This document shows positions 27,660-32,000 of a DNA stretch of 32,000 nucleotides, one piece after another. Source of the stretch: Synechococcus sp. A15-28 (GTDB lineage Bacteria; Cyanobacteriota; Cyanobacteriia; PCC-6307; Cyanobiaceae). Each line of letters begins with the position of its first letter. Within the stretch, counting starts at the first letter, position 1. The notes under the pieces were generated by a model. The model did not search any database. It saw only the letters and a list, made by a program, of their open reading frames with translations, and had not been told where the DNA came from. The translations under genes were made by a program, and so were the position numbers. The stretch lies in NCBI RefSeq assembly GCF_014280175.1, contig NZ_CP047931.1, positions 2,100,001 to 2,132,000 of the forward strand, written 5' to 3'.

Positions 27660-28868
27660 ATGGCGAAGCGTTCCCTGGCCAGCCTTAACGCCGGCGACCT
27701 GAGCGGCAAACGCGTTCTCGTGCGGGTTGATTTCAACGTGCCCCTCAACGACGCCGGTGCCATCACCGATGACACCCGCATCCGCGCCGCCCTCCCCACC
27801 ATCAACGACCTGATCGGCAAGGGCGCCAAGGTCATCCTGTCGGCCCACTTCGGCCGCCCCAAGGGCCAGGTGAACGACGCCATGCGCCTGACTCCCGTGG
27901 CTGCTCGCCTCAGTGAGCTGCTGGGCAAGCCCGTGGCCAAGACCGACAGCTGCATTGGCCCCGATGCCGAAGCCAAGGTGGGCGCCATGGCCAACGGCGA
28001 TGTGGTGCTGCTGGAGAACGTGCGCTTCTTCGCTGAGGAAGAGAAGAACGAAGCCGGTTTCGCTGAGAAGCTCGCGGGTTTGGCTGAGGTGTACGTCAAC
28101 GATGCCTTCGGCGCCGCCCACCGCGCCCACGCCTCCACCGAGGGTGTGACCAAGTTCCTCAAGCCCGCCGTCGCCGGCTTCCTGATGGAGAAGGAGCTTC
28201 AGTACCTGCAGGGTGCTGTGGATGAGCCCAAGCGTCCCCTGGCCTCCATCGTCGGCGGTTCCAAGGTGAGCTCCAAGATCGGCGTGCTCGAAGCCCTGAT
28301 CGACAAGTGCGACAAGGTGCTGATCGGCGGCGGCATGATCTTCACCTTCTACAAGGCCCGCGGCCTCTCGGTGGGCAAGAGCCTGGTGGAAGAGGACAAG
28401 CTGGAGCTGGCCAAGGAGCTGGAAGCCAAGGCCAAGGCCAAGGGCGTTGAGCTGCTGCTGCCCACCGACGTGGTGCTGGCGGACAACTTCGCCCCCGATG
28501 CCAACAGCCAGGTGGCTGATGTCACCGCCATCCCCGACGGCTGGATGGGTCTGGACATCGGTCCCGATGCGGTGAAGGTGTTCCAGGCCGCCCTGGCCGA
28601 CTGTCAGACCGTGATCTGGAACGGTCCCATGGGTGTGTTCGAATTCGAGAAGTTCGCCACCGGCACCAACGCCATCGCCACCACCCTGGCGGAGCTAAGC
28701 GGCAAGGGCTGCTGCACGATCATCGGCGGCGGCGACTCCGTGGCTGCTGTGGAGAAGGCCGGTCTGGCCGAGAAGATGTCCCACATCTCCACAGGCGGCG
28801 GCGCCAGCCTCGAACTGCTGGAAGGCAAGGTGCTGCCCGGTGTGGCCGCCCTCAACGACGCCGCCTGA
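27660..28868 (+). CDS. pgk: Phosphoglycerate kinase
   Basis: [71 protein letters not shown]. Internal Met at 27660 used as start. Confidence 0.98.
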   Translation: MAKRSLASLNAGDLSGKRVLVRVDFNVPLNDAGAITDDTRIRAALPTINDLIGKGAKVILSAHFGRPKGQVNDAMRLTPVAARLSELLGKPVAKTDSCIGPDAEAKVGAMANGDVVLLENVRFFAEEEKNEAGFAEKLAGLAEVYVNDAFGAAHRAHASTEGVTKFLKPAVAGFLMEKELQYLQGAVDEPKRPLASIVGGSKVSSKIGVLEALIDKCDKVLIGGGMIFTFYKARGLSVGKSLVEEDKLELAKELEAKAKAKGVELLLPTDVVLADNFAPDANSQVADVTAIPDGWMGLDIGPDAVKVFQAALADCQTVIWNGPMGVFEFEKFATGTNAIATTLAELSGKGCCTIIGGGDSVAAVEKAGLAEKMSHISTGGGASLELLEGKVLPGVAALNDAA

Positions 28869-28906
28869 TCAACAGGCCAACGTCTTCTTTAACTTGATTC
28901 ATTAAC

Positions 28907-28947
28907 GCCCGGCGGTCCTGTTTTAGGGACTTCCGGGCTTGTTTTTT
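28907..28947 (+). terminator. Rho-independent terminator downstream of pgk
   Basis: GCCCGG...GTCC-TGTTTTAG-GGAC...CCGGGC stem-loop followed by TTGTTTTTT. Confidence 0.8.
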
Positions 28948-28950
28948 GCG

Positions 28951-29115
28951 TTGACGGCAGTCCTTCAAATCGCTTATGGACTGTGCAGCATCCATACAGA
29001 GCTGCGTGCTCTGCAACAGCTTGAGGCGCTGGTTGATTGTCTGCCGGGACCAGTTTTGAATGACGCCTGGGCTGACCGCTTCATGGGCTCAGGGTTCGGC
29101 ATGCCTTCACTCTGA
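28951..29115 (+). CDS. Candidate small protein (54 aa, TTG start)
   Basis: Manually read: (M)TAVLQIAYGLCSIHTELRALQQLEALVDCLPGPVLNDAWADRFMGSGFGMPSL*; missed by track (no ATG start, <60 aa). Confidence 0.4.
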   Translation: MTAVLQIAYGLCSIHTELRALQQLEALVDCLPGPVLNDAWADRFMGSGFGMPSL

Positions 29116-29157
29116 TGGGAGCGTTCAAGCAAGATCTGCATGCTTCGGGCCCAAGCC

Positions 29158-30039
29158 ATGACCAGATGTGACCTGAACCTTGGCTTCATCGGCCTAGGTG
29201 CCATCGGCCTGCCGATGGCTACCAATCTCTGCCAAGCCGGCGTCCCGCTCGCCGTGCACAGCCGGAGCCGGCACGCGGAAACAGCACCCGGCCTCCAGGG
29301 AGCACGCCCATGCGCCAGTCCGGCCGAAGCCGCCGAAGCCGCCGACGTGTTGTTGATCTGCGTCAGCGATGACGCCGCCGTGGAGACCGTGCTGTTCGGA
29401 GCTGATGGAGCAGCCTCGGCCCTCCGCCCCGGATCGGTGGTGGTGGATTGCTCAACGATCGCGCCAGCGACAGCCATTGCTTGCGCTGAGCGCCTGGCCC
29501 GGAAGGGCATCAGCTATCTCGATGCACCGGTGACCGGTGGCACCGAGGGAGCCAAGGCAGGAACGCTGACGCTGTTGGTGGGCGGGGAACCGGAGGCCCT
29601 GGAACGGACGCGCCCGATCCTCGAGGTCATCGGCGGCACGATCCACCATTTCGGGCCTGTGGGTCGCGGCCAGCAGGTGAAGGCGGTGAACCAGGTGCTG
29701 GTGGCCGGCAGCTATGCCGCAGTAGCCGAAGCGATGGCCCTGGGAGAACGGCTCGACCTGCCGATGGATCAAGTGGTGGAGGCGTTAAAGCACGGGGCCG
29801 CTGGCTCCTGGGCCCTCGAACACCGAGCCCCGGGCATGCTGGCAGGGCGGTACCCCCTGGGCTTCAAGCTTGCTCTGCACCACAAGGATCTTGGGATCGC
29901 GCTGGATGCAGCAAAAAACATGCAGTTGGAACTGCCCATCAGCCACCTAGTGCAACAGCTGGAAGAGGGCCTGATGCAACAAGGGCATGGCGATGAGGAC
30001 GTCTCTGCCCTGCATCGCCAATTCAGAGCGAAATCGTGA
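29158..30039 (+). CDS. NAD(P)-dependent oxidoreductase, 3-hydroxyisobutyrate dehydrogenase-like
   Basis: LGFIGLGAIGLPMATNLCQAG, DAPVTGGTEGAKAGTLTLLVGG, GPVGRGQQVKAVNQVLVAG; start at internal Met 29158. Confidence 0.9.
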   Translation: MTRCDLNLGFIGLGAIGLPMATNLCQAGVPLAVHSRSRHAETAPGLQGARPCASPAEAAEAADVLLICVSDDAAVETVLFGADGAASALRPGSVVVDCSTIAPATAIACAERLARKGISYLDAPVTGGTEGAKAGTLTLLVGGEPEALERTRPILEVIGGTIHHFGPVGRGQQVKAVNQVLVAGSYAAVAEAMALGERLDLPMDQVVEALKHGAAGSWALEHRAPGMLAGRYPLGFKLALHHKDLGIALDAAKNMQLELPISHLVQQLEEGLMQQGHGDEDVSALHRQFRAKS

Positions 30040-30060
30040 GGTTATAGATGATATATTGGA

Positions 30061-30816
30061 TCAATACCGTGCCAACTCGGCGGTTGTGCTCACCACCCGA
30101 ACCTGCTGAGTCGCGGTGACCACGCCATCGGGGTGCACCAGCATCAGGGCCCATGCCTGAATCCCCGGGCGTTGCGGTGCCTGCACCTGCTTGAACAAGC
30201 CTCCGCCGCCGAGGGGAGCCAGCTGGATGGTGGGACGTTGCTGGTCGAGGCGCTGATCCGGCGTGAGTTCGATCAACCCTCCTGCCGCTACCGCCTGACC
30301 CAAAGGCTCATCAAAGATGACATCGATGTCGTAGCGGCTGCCGGTGAGCACCGCGTCTGGGACCTGCACGGTGATAGGCAACGAAGCCGTGCCGCTGCGC
30401 AACAGCGAGTGCTCATCGATCACCTCCTCCTCCAGCAACACACCGGCCTCGATCCGTCCGGCGAGGACCTGCGACGCCTCAAGCCGATAGTTCAGGCCAT
30501 CAGCCTGCCTAGTACCACGCACGTTGACCCTCAGGCGGGAGCGGCCATCGGCCAGGGGATCCATCGCCTCGACACTCCAGCTGGCCTCCGGGAACGCAGC
30601 GGATAAATCGTCATAACGACGCCGAATCGTGCTCTGGAGATCAGGCCCCGTGAGATGGAGCAGTCCTTCGGCATCGCGACTGTTGAGGGCCATCTCCAGG
30701 CGACTCCCATACCCTGCCGCCGGGGATGGGGCCGCGACACTCGACGCCACCACCGGCAACGGCAGCGCCAACGCACACACCAGGCTCAGAAGGGCTGCTC
30801 GCACTGAAGACCGCAC
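30061..30816 (-). CDS. Exported conserved-type hypothetical protein
   Basis: 251 aa; signal peptide MRSSVRAALLSLVCALALPLPVVAS; NTF2-like opening (LEMALNSRDAEGLLHLTGPDLQ...). Confidence 0.7.
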   Translation of the reverse strand: MRSSVRAALLSLVCALALPLPVVASSVAAPSPAAGYGSRLEMALNSRDAEGLLHLTGPDLQSTIRRRYDDLSAAFPEASWSVEAMDPLADGRSRLRVNVRGTRQADGLNYRLEASQVLAGRIEAGVLLEEEVIDEHSLLRSGTASLPITVQVPDAVLTGSRYDIDVIFDEPLGQAVAAGGLIELTPDQRLDQQRPTIQLAPLGGGGLFKQVQAPQRPGIQAWALMLVHPDGVVTATQQVRVVSTTAELARY

Positions 30817-30874
30817 CAGACCAACCCCGTCAATCGACCTAAGTTAGGCGCCACCAACGGGGACGTCCGCCGCC

Positions 30875-31951
30875 ATGACCCGGCTTCTGATCGCCGCCAG
30901 CGGCACCGGCGGCCACCTGTTCCCGGCCCTGGCGGTGGCGGACTGTCTCGATGAGGGCTGGCAGGTGCGCTGGCTCGGTGTGCCGGACCGCCTCGAAACA
31001 CAGCTGGTGCCGGAACGTTTCCGGCTGATCACCGTTCAAGCCGGGGGCCTGCAGGGCAGCGGCTTGCGCAAGCTCTGGCAGCTACTGAGGCTGGTGGCGG
31101 CTGGCTTTCGGGTGCGGCGCCTGTTGAAACGTGAACGCACCCAGGTGGTGTTCACCACCGGCGGCTACATCGCAGCGCCGGCGATCCTCGCGGCTCGACT
31201 CTGCGGCATCCCCGCCGTTCTGCATGAAGCCAACGCCGTCCCCGGCCGCGTCACGCGACTGCTCGCCCGCTTCTGCACTGCCGTGGCCATCGGTCTGCCG
31301 GCGGCCTCAGAACGCATCCCCGGCTGCAGACCATTGCTCACAGGGATGCCGGTCCGCAGCAGCTTCCTCAACCCCCAACCGTTGCCGGACTGGGTGCCCA
31401 CTGGGGAGGGGCCGCTGCTGGTGGTGATCGGCGGCAGCCAGGGAGCGGTTGGCCTCAACCGCATGGTGCGAGCGGTCCTGCCGGAGCTGCTGGAGCAGGG
31501 CTGCCGGGTGGTGCACCTCACCGGCCGCAACGACCCCGAGGTGGGCCAGATGCAGCATCCGCTGCTGGCGGAGCGTTCCTTCAGCGATGAGATTCCAGGC
31601 CTGCTGCAACATGCCGACCTCGCCGTCAGCCGAGCTGGCGCCGGCAGCCTCAGCGAACTGGCGGTGTGCGGGACTCCCACCATCCTGGTGCCCTTCCCCC
31701 AGGCTGCGGATCAACACCAGGAGGCCAATGCCGCCTGCGCCGCTGAAGTTGGCGGGGCGGTGATCGTCCATCAGCACGCACCGGAGGAGCCGGTGCTGAT
31801 GCAAACGATTGAACGGCTGCTCGGGGCACGGCTCGGCCGCCCCCAGGCGGATCCCACCTTGCTTCCGACCATGCGCCGGGGCATGCAACACCTTGCGGTG
31901 CAGGACGCCGATCAACGGCTGATGGATCTGCTGCAAAGCCTTGTGGCCTGA
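30875..31951 (+). CDS. murG: UDP-N-acetylglucosamine--N-acetylmuramyl-(pentapeptide) pyrophosphoryl-undecaprenol N-acetylglucosamine transferase
   Basis: [81 protein letters not shown]. Confidence 0.97.
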   Translation: MTRLLIAASGTGGHLFPALAVADCLDEGWQVRWLGVPDRLETQLVPERFRLITVQAGGLQGSGLRKLWQLLRLVAAGFRVRRLLKRERTQVVFTTGGYIAAPAILAARLCGIPAVLHEANAVPGRVTRLLARFCTAVAIGLPAASERIPGCRPLLTGMPVRSSFLNPQPLPDWVPTGEGPLLVVIGGSQGAVGLNRMVRAVLPELLEQGCRVVHLTGRNDPEVGQMQHPLLAERSFSDEIPGLLQHADLAVSRAGAGSLSELAVCGTPTILVPFPQAADQHQEANAACAAEVGGAVIVHQHAPEEPVLMQTIERLLGARLGRPQADPTLLPTMRRGMQHLAVQDADQRLMDLLQSLVA

Positions 31952-31953
31952 AC

Positions 31954-32000
31954 TCAGTGCTGGGGAGCACGCTGCAGCTCCCGCCGCAGGGCGCGAACGA
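31954..32000 (-). CDS. 3-prime end of an unidentified gene running off the window
   Basis: Open frame on - strand ending ...VRALRRELQRAPQH*, stop at 31954, 2 nt beyond the murG stop (convergent). Only 14 complete codons visible. Confidence 0.35.
   Translation of the reverse strand, partial: VRALRRELQRAPQH

Noticed and set aside
28974-29510. 178-aa minus-strand ORF crossing the start of the dehydrogenase gene
   Set aside because: Mostly antisense to the NAD-binding domain; Ser/Ala/Arg-rich low-complexity composition. Its non-overlapping part coincides with the plus-strand small ORF reported separately.
1-32000. CRISPR arrays, tRNA/rRNA genes, transposases, toxin-antitoxin or phage-defence genes
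   Set aside because: Looked for regularly spaced repeats, tRNA T-loop/anticodon patterns and hallmark protein motifs by eye; none was convincing. A tRNAscan-SE, Infernal/Rfam and DefenseFinder run would be needed to exclude them formally.

Overview
This 32 kb window looks like the chromosome of a marine picocyanobacterium (Synechococcus/Prochlorococcus-type gene content; assignment by family recognition only, no database search). From about 5.0 kb to the right end it is GC-rich, densely packed and mostly housekeeping: gshB, grxC, prfB (with a canonical RF2 programmed +1 frameshift), a small conserved membrane protein, ybeY, dgkA, pabA/trpG-type amidotransferase, an MBL-like exported protein, asparaginase, hisC-like, argS, nadC, an NCS2-like permease, mnmE, a DUF2062-like protein, rel/spoT, a fused dual-ATPase ABC protein, FecR-like, CHASE2-like/class III cyclase, a LuxR-type regulator, an rluD-family gene, rbgA/ylqF, pgk, a hydroxyisobutyrate-dehydrogenase-like gene, an exported hypothetical and murG. 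The first ~5 kb is visibly more A/T-rich and carries an aldo/keto reductase, two tandem exported beta-barrel-like proteins and a GMC oxidoreductase, flanked by terminators; it is the best candidate accessory/horizontally acquired segment. I found no CRISPR array, tRNA, rRNA, transposase or obvious defence system, and no convincing new multi-gene system. The best leads are the left accessory cassette, the tightly packed FecR / CHASE2-cyclase / pseudo-receiver LuxR gene set, an MBL-fold protein lacking its metal ligands, and several short ORFs missed by the supplied ORF track, mostly because they are short or start with GTG/TTG.
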